A stretch of DNA of 63,637 nt, the filler included, from Chiloscyllium plagiosum (lineage: Eukaryota), in NCBI RefSeq assembly GCF_004010195.1. It is 6 parts of 6 records of this genome, joined end to end, with 100 filler letters (N's around TTAATTAATTAA, not from the genome) between each part and the next. Parts side by side here need not be neighbours in the genome. Positions count along the whole stretch, not along the records: positions 1 to 25,250 come from NC_057717.1; 5 more parts are not named here. The stretch is one strand, 5' to 3'. Under the pieces are notes generated by a model. The model was not told the DNA's origin, searched no databases, and saw nothing but the letters and a program-made list of their open reading frames with translations. Shown here piece by piece: positions 1 to 13,475 of the stretch (the first letter of the stretch is position 1; each line of letters starts with the position of its first letter). The position numbers and the translations under genes were made by a program.

Positions 1-650
1 ATAAATAATGAAAACACAGATCTGTCAAGCTAGTCTCAGTAGTAGGGAAAGTATTGGAACTATTGAGGAGCGGAATTAGTCTTCATTTGCAAGATCAATC
101 AACAACTTTCAGCATGGTTTTATAGAAAGGAAGTCATGTCTTAACAATTTGGTGGTAGTTTTCAGATAGATAACTCAATGACCAGAAGACAGCAATAATC
201 AGAGCCATTAGGATCAGATTTAAATTGCCAAATTGGATCGAGAATTTGCTGAGTGGAGGGGAGCAGGGGATAATGGTCATAAGGTGTCTGCATGACTGGA
301 AATCTATGTCTCATGTTGTTCTGCAGGGATCAGTGCTGATTTCCTTGCTGTTTCTCTTATATACCAGTGATTGAGACTAGAATGTAGGAAGGTTAACCAG
401 CAAGTTCACAGATGAAAGCAAAATTGTCATGTTGGTAATCCATGAGCATGATAGCTTTAGATTGCAGGAGGATATACAAGGATTGATTATACGTGAAGAT
501 AAGTTGCAAATAGAAATCATTCAGGATCAGAGTAAGGTGATGCACTTCGGCAGAAGAAACTGTGAGGTATTACGTTTTCAATGGTGGAAACCTGGAAATG
601 GCTGAGGGTCATTGGTGTGCACACCCACTGGTCCCCTATATTACTACGTC
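1..650 (+). mobile_element. Decayed CR1-type LINE fragment (RT region)
   Basis: Degenerate match to the CR1 copy at 4460-6360 (cagggatcagtgctg ... aagttcacagatgaaagcaaaatt, the FADDTK region); many disablements. Confidence 0.7.
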
Positions 651-828
651 AAGTGCTGGCACATGAGACTGGAATAGTTAGGCGGCTGTTATTTTTAGGT
701 GTGGACTGGATGGACCAAAGGGCCTTTTCCTGTGCTGTATAAAATGATTCTGTGAGAAAGGTTATAAATAATGCATTATTCGGGTTAATCACAGATGTTC
801 TGTTGATCTCAGTTCCCACAAAACTTAG

Positions 829-1134
829 CCGGACATAGCATTTCTTTGTTCTTGTGTGACCCGCTGTGTTGAACATCACAGTAGATTTTGCTGGGGCAAT
901 CTACTGCTGACCCGGGCAGGGTTAACGGGCTGCTCTGGGTATAGGTTCCATTCTTGTTTCTCACTGATCGGTAAGTCTTCAATCCAGTCGTGATTAACTC
1001 CCCACCTTTCTTCCAGGTTATCCTGATTACGTCAGGGTAATAGTCCATTGCCAAACAACCGAAGATCAGAGAACCGGTGTTGTGGTCCTGACAGGAGGAG
1101 ACCAGGCCATAAAACGTGGGGGGAGACGGTGTCT
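829..1134 (-). CDS. IgM heavy-chain Cmu1 exon (splice donor mutated, possibly pseudogene)
   Basis: Acceptor tcctAG at 1136-1135. The 306-nt phase-1 exon encodes (E)TPSPPTFYGLVSSCQ...FGCLAMDYYP...TWKK...IYCDVQHSGSHKNKEMLCP, a C1-set Ig domain resembling shark Cmu1. The expected donor position reads CTAAGT. Confidence 0.9.
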
Positions 1135-1489
1135 CTAGGATAGAATGACCAATTGAGCACATTAGTTTCTGTTAATTTGTCCTTATCAGTTACTCAAATA
1201 TATCCTCAGCTGTAAACGTTTTCCAGCATGCTCCTGCTGAAGTCTACAGTATAACTGGAAGTTGTTTTGGTTTCTTACCAGATGTTGATCATGATCTATT
1301 GGTTCCCTCTTCATAAACATAGCCTCTACCTTGACCATTACCATATAATTTAGGAAGAAGAACATGCTGATCCCACTCTAGTAACTGTTTCAAAAGCTCA
1401 CCAACTGACACTTTCACTGAATTTCAAGTGAAGAGCAGAGAGGTTTCACAAAATACAAACCAAGGAAATGCGGATTCATCAAAATTCTA

Positions 1490-1795
1490 CAGTGTGGGCA
1501 AACAGGCCATTTGGCCCAACATATCCACACCAACCCTCTGAAAAGTAACCTATCCAGACCCATTGCCCTACCCTATTACTCTCCATTTACCTCTGACTAA
1601 TGGACCTAACATGCCAATCCCTGAACACAACATGGCTAATTTACCCAGCTTGCACTGGACCTTGGGAAGAAACCCACACCGACACAGAGAGAATGTGAAA
1701 ACTCCACACAGACAGTCACATGAGGATGGAATCGAACTCGAGTCCCTAATGCTAAGAGGTAGCAATGCTAACCACGGAAGCAGTGTGCCGCCCGA
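1490..1795 (-). mobile_element. HE1-type tRNA-derived SINE
   Basis: Reverse complement of the GGCACGGTGG..TAGCACTGCTGCCTCACAG head plus the gtgtggagttt body shared by many copies in the window. Confidence 0.75.
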
Positions 1796-2370
1796 CTAGG
1801 TACCGTGCTGCATGAAATCAGAAACAAAATCAGATATTGTTGGAAAAACCCAACAGCTGGCAGTATTTCTGGAAAGAAAGCAGAGTGAATAGTTCAGTTC
1901 CAGTGACTCTTCTTCATTTATCAATACAAGGCAGAATGTTCTCTCTGGGAAGATGGTCATTGCAGCAGCAGCACAGGCAGGAGCTGAGCACTGGGACGAG
2001 GAGGATGGCTGTCACGGCTGGACTCATGTCAATTGTCTGGAAGTTGAAACTTCTAATTTAAAATTATCTGAATTCTGGAGACCTCTGAAAAATGGAGGAG
2101 CATTAGGTTTCAGAGGTGTTGAAGGGTTACAGCTAACTGACTTGACTATTTACGTAAATATGATGTGAAAAATTAACAAGTACTCTTTAACTTTAATAAC
2201 TATCAAACTGACACGCAGTTCACCACCAAAACCATCATCTCTCAGACTAAGCACTGCTCTCCCTCGCTGTCTAGACCTAAATTTCCACTCATGTTGACAA
2301 ACCCTTCCCGGTTACTCACCCATTCATACCCAGATTACACCACCCCTATCACAAGAAACACATCCAAGGC

Positions 2371-3490
2371 AATCCATATTGGTAATGTAGATGAGCAGAG
2401 ACATATCGGTGTCCATGTACATAGATACCTAAACGTTCCTAGTCAAGTTGATAGGATTGTTAAGAAGGCATACATTGAGTTGGCTTTCATTAGTAGAGAG
2501 ACTGCGTTTCAAAACCATGAAGTCATGCTGCAGCTGTACAAAACTCTGGTGCGCCTGCACTTGGAGTATTGTGCATAGATCTGGTCACCATATTATAGGA
2601 AGAATGTGGAAGCTTTGGAAAGAGTTCGGAGCAGATTTACCAGGATGTTGCCTGATATGGTGGGAAGGTTTCATGAAGAAAGGATAAGGTTCTTGAGGCT
2701 GTTTCTGTTTGAGAGAAGAAGGTTGAGAGGTAACTTAATTGAGACATATAAGATAATCAGAGGGTTAGATAGGGTAGCCAGTGAGAGTATTTTTTCATTG
2801 GATGGTGATGGCTAGCAGGAGGGGACATAGCCCTAGATTGAAGGCTGATAGATAGAGGACAGATGTCAGAAGTAGGTTTTTTACTCAGACAGTAGTCGGG
2901 GCACGGACGGCACTGTCTGCAACAATCGTATACTTGTCAAATTTAAGGACATTTAAAATGTCATTGGATGAACATATGGATGAAAATGAAATAGTATGTG
3001 ATAGATAGGCTTCAGATTGGTTCCACAGATTGGCACAACATAAAGGCTTGAAGGGACTGTACTGCAGTCTAATGTTCCATTTTCTATATTTCAGATTGAT
3101 ACATAATGTCAATCCCAGAGGTTTACAAAATTATGAGGGGCATCGATAGGGTAAATAGACAAAGTAGTTTCCTTTGGTTCGGGGAAATCCAGAACTAGAG
3201 TGCATAGGTTTAGCGTGAGAGGGAAAAGATGTAAAAGAGACCTAAAGGGGCGACTTTTTCACAGAGAGGGTGATACGTGTATGGAATGAGTTGCCAGAGG
3301 AATTTATGGAGGCAGTTACAATTTCAACATTTAAGAGAAATTTGGATGGGTATATGAATAGGAAGGGTTTGGAGGGATATGGGTCGGGTGCTGGCATGTG
3401 GGACTAAATTGTTTTGGGATATCTGGTCGGCATGGTTGGGTTGAACCGAAGGGTCTGTTTCCATGCTGAACATCTGTATGACTCTATAAT
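2371..3490 (+). mobile_element. Two adjacent 5'-truncated CR1 LINE 3' ends
   Basis: ORF fragments LYKTLVRLHLEYC and ERVRSRFTRMLP...RRRLRGNLIETYKI are typical CR1 ORF2 C-terminal motifs. Confidence 0.85.
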
Positions 3491-4459
3491 TCCACTGCTG
3501 CCACCCTGCATCTGGTCCATGCTGAACCTGGCCCTGACTGGACCTGGCACCATCATTTTCACAACCTCTGTCAGAACCCCACTACACAAGGCATGACTTC
3601 AGCCCATTGTCACTGATCTCTCATCTTCCCCAAGTCAACCTGTTCACATTGTATCCTAGCTCCATTCGCATCTGTCCTTTACCACCTGTCATTTTGCCAG
3701 TCTCTGAGCTTTGCAGTTTGACATCACGTCCACCTGCCACTTCATTACAGTGACCTTCTGCTCTGAAAACAGCCTGGTGCCCTGCACACCTCTCCACTCA
3801 GCAGCGTGGCACCCTGTCGACCTCTCCACTCACAAGCTTGGCAAAGACAGACCTCCTGTATTTCAACTTAAATGGTCCCTCATTTACCAAGCACAATTCG
3901 ACCAAATTATCCTTGTGACCATTACCATTTATGTTGATGCCACCCTGCTAGATGGGGTGAATGCAAGTCTACCCATCAGCCAGCCAATACCTCACAGCCT
4001 ACCAGCTCAAACTCTCCCACATTCCCAAGCTAACCCCTCACTTGCTTACCAGCTTGCAACGTTGAACCAACTGCACCATAAAGCCAGAGAGTTATAAAGC
4101 CATATAGCACATAACAATTCCTTTGGTACAGGTTATCCATGCTGACCAGAGTTCACAAATTAAACTAATTCCATTTGTCTGCTTTTAGCACACATCCATC
4201 CGGACCTATCCAATTCCTATACCTGCCCAATTGTCTCCTAAGTGTTGTACCTGTCTCTGCATTTACCACTTCCTCTGGCACTTCATTCCAATGTCTGGTG
4301 CAGTTACAGAAGGAAGATTCAACTCCTGCACTCAATGCTCTGACCAATGAAGGCACATGTGCCAAAGCTTCAACACACTGGCTACTTGAGGCAATGTTTT
4401 CATGAATTTATGTACCTGAACTCCCAGGTCCCTGTATTCAACATTACTATCCAGTAAGA

Positions 4460-6360
4460 GTATAAAGGAAGTACTTAAGAGGGAAATCAGGAGTGCAGAA
4501 AGGGGACATGAGACAGCTTTGGCAAATAGAATTAAGGAGAATCAGAAGCGTTTTTAAAAATACATTACGGACAAAAAGGTAACGACGGAGAGAATAGGGC
4601 CCTTCAAAGATCAGAAAGGCGGCTTTTGCGTAGAGCCACAGAAAATGCCGAGAGTATTTTGCGTCAGTATTTACTGTGAAAAAGTATATGGCAGATAAAG
4701 ACATAGGGAAATGCATAGTGACATCTTGTAAAATGTTCATTTTATAACAGAAATTGCTGGATGACTTGAAGCGGATAAAGGTGGATAAATCCACAGGACC
4801 TCATCAGGTGTAGCTTACAACTCTGTGGGAATCTAGATAAGTGATTGGTGGGCCCCTTGATGAGATATTTGTACCATCGATAGTCACAGGTGAAGAGCCG
4901 GAAGACTGGAGGTTGGCTAACGTGTTGCCACAGTTTACGAAGGCTGGTAAGGACAAACCATAGAATTATAGACCAGTGAGTCTGACGTAAGTGGCGGGTA
5001 AGTTGCTGGAGGGAATCATGAGAGACAGGATGTACTTGGATTTGGAAAGGCAAGGACTGATTAGGGATAGTCAACATGGCGTTGTGAATGGGAAAGCATG
5101 TCTCACAAACTTGACTGAGATTTTTTGAGGAAGTAACGAAAAGGATTGATGAGGGCAGAGTGGTAGATGTGATCTATATGGACTTCAGTAAGGCGTTCGA
5201 CAAGGTTCCCCATGGGAGACTGATTAGCAAGGTTAGATCTCACGGAATACAGGGAGAACTAACCATTTGGATACAGAACTTGTCATAGGTAGAAGATAGA
5301 GGGTCTTGGTGGAGGGTTGTTTTTCAGACTGGAGACCTGTGCCCAGTCGAGTGCCACAAGGATCGGTGCTGGGGCCTCTACTTTTTGTCATTTACATAAT
5401 TTGTTTAGATGCGAGAATAAGAGGTACAGTTGGTAAGTTTGTAGATGACACCAAAATTGGAGGTGCAGTGGACATGGAAGAGGGTTACCTCAGATTACAA
5501 CATGACGTTGACCAGATGGGCCAAATGGGCTGAGAAGTGGCAGATGGAGTTTAATTTAGATAAATGCGAGGTGCTGCATTTTGGGAAAGCAATTCTTAGC
5601 AGGACTTCTACACTTAATGGTAAGGTCCTAGGGAGTGTTGCTGAACATAGAGACCTTGGAGTGCACATTCATAGCTCCTTGAAAGTCGAGTCGCAGGTAG
5701 ATTGGATAGTGAATAAGGCGTTTGGTGTGCTTTCCTCTATTGGTCAGAGTATTGAATGCAGGAGGTGGGATGACATATTGTGGCTGTACAGGACATTGTT
5801 TTGGCCACTGTTGGAACATTGCGTGCAATTCTGGTCTCCTTACTATGGGAAAGATGATGTGGAACTTGAAAGGGTTCAGAAAAAATTTATAAACATGTTG
5901 CCAGGATTGGAGAATTTGAGCTCGAGGGTGAAGCTGGACAGGCTGGGGCTGTTTTCCCTGGAGCGTCGGAGGCTTAGTGGGTGACCTTATACAGGTTTAA
6001 AATATTATGAGGGACATGGTAAGAGTAAATAGGCAAAGTCTTTTCCCTGGGTTCGAGGAGTCCAGAACTAGAGGGAATAGATTTAGGGTGAGAGGGGAAA
6101 GATACAAAAGAGACCTAAGGGTCAACTCTTTCACACAGAAGGTAGTACGTGTATGGAATGAGCTGCCAGAGGAAGTGGTGGAAACTGGTACAATTGCAAC
6201 AATTAAGAGGCATTTGGAGGGGTATATGAATAGGAAGGGTTTGGAGGGATATGAGCCGTGTGCTGGCAGGTGGGACTAGATTGGGGAGGGATGTCTGGTC
6301 GGCATGAATGGTTGGAATGAAGTGTCTATTTCCATGCTGTACATCTCTATTACTCTATGA
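4460..6360 (+). mobile_element. CR1 LINE, ~1.9-kb ORF2 reverse-transcriptase remnant
   Basis: VPQGSVLGPLLFVIYI, KFVDDTKIGG, WAEKWQMEFNLDKC, LYRTL..PLLEHCVQFWSP; frameshifts and stops. Nested within minus-strand CR1 pieces at ~4090-4460 and ~6360-6620. Confidence 0.92.
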
Positions 6361-9300
6361 CGCTGTAAGAATCTGTGTATCTGAGCTCCCAGGTCTCTCT
6401 GTTCGATGACACGACCCAGTGCCCTACCATTAACTCTGTAAGTTGGGACCTGATTTATCTTCTCAAAAAGTAACACGTCGTATTCATTTAATCTAAACTC
6501 CAACAGCAACTCCTCATCCCATTGGCCCAGCTGATCAAGATCACTTTTAAATCACGTTCACTGCCAATTATAGCACCAATTTTGGTGTCATGTGCAAACT
6601 TACAAACCTTGCCCCATTCGATGTTCTCATGGCTTTCAACCAATATTTTACACTGCTTGCCTTTTCTCCACATATCTGTAGTATTTCTTTAAGAATTGAA
6701 GGAATCTATCTCCTTCTTGAAATCACTTCATGTTTTGACCTCAATCAATTTCTGTGGCGGAGAATTCCAAAGGTTCACCATTCTTTTGTTGTACAGTAAA
6801 CAATCGGGTTCAATTTTATCGGGTGTTGGAAAGGCTGGTGAGCAGCAGGATTTATGATGATCCCATGAATGGAATAGCATTGTAAAGGGACCTAGGTGCC
6901 TACTTCAGCTTCTAATTTGTATTCTAACATGTCCCTTTGGCAGTATATTCCAAAACTGTGATCTTTGAGGATAAGGGTGTGCATGCATGATAATACTTCA
7001 TCTGAAAGATTTCCTCCAAATTAGACTCCACCTTGAATCGCAACTATTTCCCTGCCACTTTTACTTTTCCTCAATCAAAGCCATGGGACTCACTTTCTAA
7101 CAGTGCTGTGAATGTGCTAATACCACACAAACTTCAGCTATTCAAGTAAGCTGAGGACAACTGGTTTTTCAATGTGATATAAAAGTTTGACACTTCCACA
7201 CCTGTCTTGAGATGCAAATAATAGCCGGAAGAATTAAAAAAGTATTTGAGGCACTTGTGTGCCCACACAAGATGACATGTTGAATGGTTTCATTCTGTGT
7301 GGTTTGACTGCGTTTTCACTGAACTAACAGAGCTATTGCTTAATCATATAATGTGAATGAAGCTTCCCTCATTTTTAGCACGACAATCACACATTATGCT
7401 TCCTTGGAATAAAGAAATACCATGTTAAATTAGTGGAATACGAGACTGGGATGTTACAGCCTCATTGTGTCATTTTAATAATCACAGAAATGTCTTTCAA
7501 AAACGGTGTCTCCCTTTGTTATGGACAGTTGAACTATTAAATTTGGGAATAGTGTTTGCTTGCTAAACAACAGTGGTAAAGAGTTTTAGCCAAAGGGAGG
7601 CCTGTGCAGTTAGTGCACAGATGCACCATGATTTAAGTAAGTGGTGGAGCAGCTCGAGGGCTGAGTGCTCTCCTCTTCCCCATCCCTATCATTGTGTCAG
7701 TCGTTAGGCTAGCACTGGCGGTGAACAGTTTGTATTAAAATATTTTAGCAAATTAATTGTCTCACACATTCTTTAAAAAAGAATTCTGTTGATTTGAGTG
7801 ATCATAATAACTCCCACCCAATTACAGCAGGCACTGCACTCTGGAGTGTGTTGTTACTTCATGTTAGTTTCTTGTAAAACAACAATTTGAGATCAGAGCA
7901 TTAACACTCAATGATTCTCTGATACTACATATCTCTGAACATTCTCATTTTGTTCAAATGCATTTTCTCTCTGAACAACTTGTTTCGTCGAACAGAACAT
8001 ATTTTTAAATGAATCAAAAAACTTGGAATTCTAGAAAACTAAAATAAAGACAGAAATTTCTGAAGAAACTCAGCAGGTCTGGCAGCTCCTGTGGAGAGAA
8101 AACAAGGATAACGTTTGACGCCCCCCACCCATGCCTTCAGCAAATTGTTTTCATGCTTTTGGCACAAGAACTCACACCTGTTGAGTTAGACAGCGGTTAC
8201 GTTTGCTTGACTGCTGTTAGAAAAGCATTCTTAGCAGAGGTAGTGGATGAGCCGAGATAACAATTGAAGACCAGTTGAAAAGCTATAACCATCTGCTGCA
8301 AGTGTTGGAATCAGCGGAACCCCCACTGACTGAACAATCAAATTCAGCCACAGCACTGGTTTAATATAAAGTAAAACAACCTAGGTATAATCTCATCAAT
8401 TATGCTTCAAAACAAATCATTATGGATAAGTTATACGTGATATTATTGGAACACCAATTTAAACCTGGGAATTATTTGAGGACTTACTCGATTAACCCTA
8501 GCTAGAGGTGCCCAAAAGCTTGTGAACAAATATTGATCTCGAAAAAGCTGCTAAACGCCAAATTTTGTTTAATATCTAAGAGACAAAAGTCAGGACAGAG
8601 ATGAAATAGATTTCACCTGCCTCTGTGAGTGGAATTCCAACAAACATCCTCACAACTGAATCTGCTTTTCTGCCCCGAATTAACCGGATAAGAGTTGGTA
8701 TTACATACCTCTCTAACAGGCTATAAGTGAACACAAGGCCACCTGGCATGGAGTCAGGCACACTACTACAATATCACAGCAGACCTGAACACAATGAGCT
8801 TCACACTATGTCAGAGAACACAGCCCACCTGTTTGACAGTGCATTAACCATGTTAATTATTGACACCTTCCAACAACAAGGGGTTGTTCCAGAACGTATG
8901 TACAATGAAAGTAACATTGCAACAATTATCCAAGAATACTTTGACAGCAGCTCCGAATTGTTCGAACTCTCTGGGAACTACAGAGGAATAAAACATGGAA
9001 TTGCATTACCATCAATTCATTGTCACTGAATTTTAACCTCGAACTCCCTTCCCTAGAACCACTATTAATGTTGCTGCCCCAGGTGTTCTACTTAGTTTGA
9101 GATAGATGAAAATGTTTTGGAGTGCGTTATGACCGTTGCCAGTAATATTAAACGCTAATAGCTTTTCAAATAGTAAGATTCGAAATAATTTCTGATTCTA
9201 CATTGTGCTACATGTCCTGGACCAACTGAGGCACAAAGGACATAAGCAGCATGTTTCCCTCTGCCTCGCTCAATCAAATATCCCTTGTTGCCAACAACCA

Positions 9301-10001
9301 ATTTCAAAACACTTGGAATCTGCCTGCCTTTTGTTACTGTGGTATTCGTTCTGATTGGAACAACTTAGTCACGGCACTCAGTTCTGAGACACCCAATCAA
9401 ATATTGCATTTCTGGCAGAAAAGAGTAGATTTGAAGAGCAAGATAAAATTGAACTGTCGAAGATTTAGGTTCCCAAACCAGACAATTTACAAATGGTCAG
9501 GACCGGTTGACAAGTTAGTCGGAGATAACACTGAAACGAAATGTACAACAATCTATATGCTAGCGGATATATCTGCTCAATTGCACACATCCAATATATT
9601 CACTGTAATTGAACATTCACCAGAGGAACTAACAAGAGGATTAATGCGAACGAGAACGTGTTCACAATGAACATTGATAATCACTGAGTTAATAAACTTA
9701 ATAATTCGTTGTAATTATTGGTTCATGTCACCAATTAAAGCACAGCTCCAGAGGAAATGGATTATACTCTAAATTATTTTTACATATTCTGAAAGCATTT
9801 CTTGAACTGTGGAGATTTTACATGTACTGCATGATGTTAGTCCTACATTACAGTGTGGAAATGCATGTCTGTTGAAGAATTTAGGGGAAATTCATTTTCT
9901 TGTTAGCAGCATTTAATTTACGAAAATGTTATTTAAAAAGTATGAATTGAAAACATGCTTCTGACTGGAGTGGCCCGCGTTAATTGATGACTAAGCAAAT
10001 G

Positions 10002-10310
10002 TGGGCAGAGCGGTGGATTAGTGATGAGCACTGCTGCCTCACAGATCCAGGTACCCGGGCTCGGTTCAAGCCTCGCTTGACTGTCTCTGTGAAGTTTACA
10101 CATTCTCTACTTTGCGTGGGAATCCTCCCACAATCCAAGGATGTGCACGTCAGGTGAACTGGTCGTGCTATATTGTCCATGGTGTTAGGTGCATTACTCA
10201 GGGGTAAATATGGGGTAGGGGAATGGGTCGGGGTCGGTTACTCTTCAGTGGATCGGTGTGGACTTGTTGGGCCAAATAGCCCAAGGCATACTACAGGAAA
10301 TCAAATCTAA
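10002..10310 (+). mobile_element. HE1-type SINE
   Basis: gggcagagcggtggattagtgatgagcactgctgcctcacag head and aatct tail. Confidence 0.75.
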
Positions 10311-10559
10311 ATAACCATCACACTTATCTAATGTGAGCAGTCTCCTTCAGATTGCTACATTGCAATAATCGGTCAAGTATATTAATTAAAATAAATATTA
10401 CTCTATTTTCAGTGTTTGAATAAACAACGTGCTCTGTTATCCTCTAGTTCATGTCTTCTGAAAATTTGTGAACTCTGCATATGTCTGAACACATCGATGT
10501 AAAATACATTGTCGGTTGTTGCAGCAAGTACTTCCATGATTTTAGAGTATATTTCCTCC

Positions 10560-10870
10560 AGGATGGAAACAGGCCATTTGGCCTAACACTTCCACACTGA
10601 TCCCCCGAGCAGTCCGGAGCCCACGCAGACCCATTTACCCAACCTATATTCAACCCCTACCGAATGCACCCTAATCTACACATCCCTGAACACTATGTGC
10701 AATTTGGAACTGCCAATTCACTTAACCTGCATATCTTTAGGAGAAAGCCCAGGCAGACACTGGGCGAATGTGCAAACTCCATGCAGATAGTTACCCGAGG
10801 GTAGAATCGAACCTGGGATCCTGGCGCTGTGAAGCATCGATGCTAACTACTGAGCCACCATACTGCCCTG
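10560..10870 (-). mobile_element. HE1-type SINE
   Basis: Reverse-strand copy ending ctgagccaccatactgccc. Confidence 0.75.
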
Positions 10871-11203
10871 CGAGTGCATAAGTGGATTGTTTCAATTAAT
10901 TCGAAATTTAGCCTTGGTCACATAATTCACTATAGCAGTTGTTTCCAAAAGAATGACTCTTCAGTTGATATGGGGCTGTAAAATGTAACTATTTATTTAA
11001 ACCGTAGGGATTGGGGACACCTAAAGCACTGTGCAGAATAAATCATTCAGTTGTTTTTTTTTCACAGCAAATTCAGTTTAATCAGGGATAGAACAATTTA
11101 CTTGTGAAACTGATCAAAGCAATGAAACTGATCTGTTGTTCATCGAATGGAGCAGAATTTCCAAATGGTCTTTGCCAATGATATTTTCCAAACAGAAAAC
11201 TTG

Positions 11204-11703
11204 NNNNNNNNNNNNNNNNNNNNNNNNNNNNNNNNNNNNNNNNNNNNNNNNNNNNNNNNNNNNNNNNNNNNNNNNNNNNNNNNNNNNNNNNNNNNNNNNN
11301 NNNNNNNNNNNNNNNNNNNNNNNNNNNNNNNNNNNNNNNNNNNNNNNNNNNNNNNNNNNNNNNNNNNNNNNNNNNNNNNNNNNNNNNNNNNNNNNNNNNN
11401 NNNNNNNNNNNNNNNNNNNNNNNNNNNNNNNNNNNNNNNNNNNNNNNNNNNNNNNNNNNNNNNNNNNNNNNNNNNNNNNNNNNNNNNNNNNNNNNNNNNN
11501 NNNNNNNNNNNNNNNNNNNNNNNNNNNNNNNNNNNNNNNNNNNNNNNNNNNNNNNNNNNNNNNNNNNNNNNNNNNNNNNNNNNNNNNNNNNNNNNNNNNN
11601 NNNNNNNNNNNNNNNNNNNNNNNNNNNNNNNNNNNNNNNNNNNNNNNNNNNNNNNNNNNNNNNNNNNNNNNNNNNNNNNNNNNNNNNNNNNNNNNNNNNN
11701 NNN
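11204..11703. other. Assembly gap (500 N) inside the putative JH-Cmu1 intron
   Basis: Exactly 500 N. The round size suggests a scaffolding gap of unknown true length. Confidence 0.97.
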
Positions 11704-12238
11704 TCCTGATCATGAAAATCTTGTGCAGGGCACAATAGAGCATTTGAAGGCATATAATGATTAATCCCTTTAAGGACAAAACAAAATTACTCAAATGGAC
11801 AAATATTAGCACATTATAATTTTATATTGTAGTAAGTTAGTTTCAATTACGTGAACTGAGCAATTCTGCAGTTGCAGAATTTAGTCCCAAATTTTATTTT
11901 GAATGAGCTGACTCAAAACAAAGTTCGGTTAGTTTACAATTAGAAACTAGATTTTTTAAAATCGTCACTGCATTAAAAAATCGAGTTTTTCATTCCTCAC
12001 ACATCTTTATTTTTGCCTTAAGTTGGTTTTCAGACAGTTTCAACAGATGCAAATTTTTCAATCAAGCAGAATTAAAAATGTCATACGAGTTTAACAAATG
12101 CCGAAACGATTCAGGAAAATCAAAGAACTTCACAAATATTGGTAATTAAAAGTAATCCAGAGAAACCATCTCCTCACCAGAAAGAAAACACCAGTTACTG
12201 AAAGCATGAAAACACAGATCAATTCCACAAACTGTATA

Positions 12239-12530
12239 AGAATCCAATCAACTCAATTCAACAGAATCAAAGAAAATAAAACCAGAATCCAATCAACTCA
12301 AAACAACAGATTTAAATGAAACATAATCAGAATCTAACCAATTCAATTCAACAGAACCAAATAAAACAATTTCAAAATTCAATCAATGCAATTCAACAAA
12401 ACCAAGTAAGAACAAAGTCAGAATCCAATCAACTCATTTCAACCGAATCAAATAAAACAAATTTTAAATCCGAACAACTCAACAGAATCAAGTAAAACGA
12501 TCTTAGAATCTAAATCAACAGAATGAAATA
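12239..12530. repeat. ~45-bp A/C-rich tandem repeat (~7 degenerate units) in the J-C intron
   Basis: Unit approx. AGAATCCAATCAACTCAATTCAACAGAATCAAATAAAACAAAATC, starting near 12239, 12284, 12329, 12374, 12420 and 12465. Confidence 0.85.
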
Positions 12531-13050
12531 TAGCACTGCAAAAAAAATTATGACCGTTATAAACCTGCTTGTCATCAACAAAATTAACAAAATAAAGGAG
12601 AAAATATAATTATGGTAAGAACATAATGTATACAGGAAATATATTCAAGAAGTTGATAATGATATTTTAACATATTTAATCATGTTTGGTAATATTTTGA
12701 ACATCTTTAACTTCTTAGCATTTGTTGTCGATAATGCAATTCCTAGTCCCAGTGTCACTGACCTTAAACATTATTTATACCTGACTGATTAAGAGGCATT
12801 AGGTGTTTTAAGTAACCCAGTCGCACCGAAAGCCTATCGAATCAAAACAAAGAGATATTCAGAGCAACTGACTCCGTCATAACCATTATAACTATTTGCT
12901 GAGCCTTAACTGAAGTCTATAATCAGCCTGAACAAAAATCATTCCGAACCAAACCAAACTCAAGACAGAATCTGAGTTTCATTTAATTCAGAAATTAGTC
13001 ACATGAATGGAAAGTGTTTAAAAAGTCACAAAAAAGGTTAAAGTTCTCAC

Positions 13051-13098
13051 CTGAAGTCACTGTCACCATGGTCCCTTGGCCCCAGTCATCAAGATAGA
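13051..13098 (-). CDS. Ig heavy-chain JH segment (unrearranged)
   Basis: Encodes YLDDWGQGTMVTVTS (WGxG motif), followed by the donor G|GTGAG at 13050. Confidence 0.95.
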
Positions 13099-13137
13099 CA
13101 CAGTGTTACATTATCTGCACTGGGCCACACAATAACT
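13099..13137 (-). promoter_or_regulatory. 23-RSS of JH
   Basis: On the + strand: CACAGTG (13099-13105), 23-nt spacer, ACAATAACT (13129-13137). Confidence 0.92.
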
Positions 13138-13447
13138 AGCTCTGCATAAAACAAACCAAAAGTCTACCATTAAAATTTCGGAACCACAGGCAAAATAAAG
13201 TCAAATTAAATCTTCATCACATGTGCGAGTGAATTCTGATCATTCTTGATAAATTGAAGTGTATTGTTTTATACTTCACAGAGTTACACTTCAGCTGATT
13301 CTCAAAATCACCAATTGGTGCATCAATAATTATCACCACTTTTACAAATTGAACTTGCACAAAAACCCACAGAACTAATACTGCACTGCAAGTTAAGACG
13401 GTTTGTAGAAATAATCACTGACTTGTTTCAAACAATACTGGCTGAAA

Positions 13448-13475
13448 GGTTTTTGTATTGATCCTAATTGCAGTG
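13448..13475 (-). promoter_or_regulatory. 12-RSS immediately 3' of the V-D fused segment
   Basis: On the minus strand: CACTGCA, 12-nt spacer ATTAGGATCAAT, perfect nonamer ACAAAAACC. Confidence 0.88.

Noticed and set aside
11082-11812. Long ORFs in the track (also 46333-46945)
   Set aside because: Artefacts of translating through N runs.
13359-13367. Extra perfect nonamer ACAAAAACC between VD and JH (possible additional D)
   Set aside because: No CAC heptamer at 12- or 23-nt spacing.
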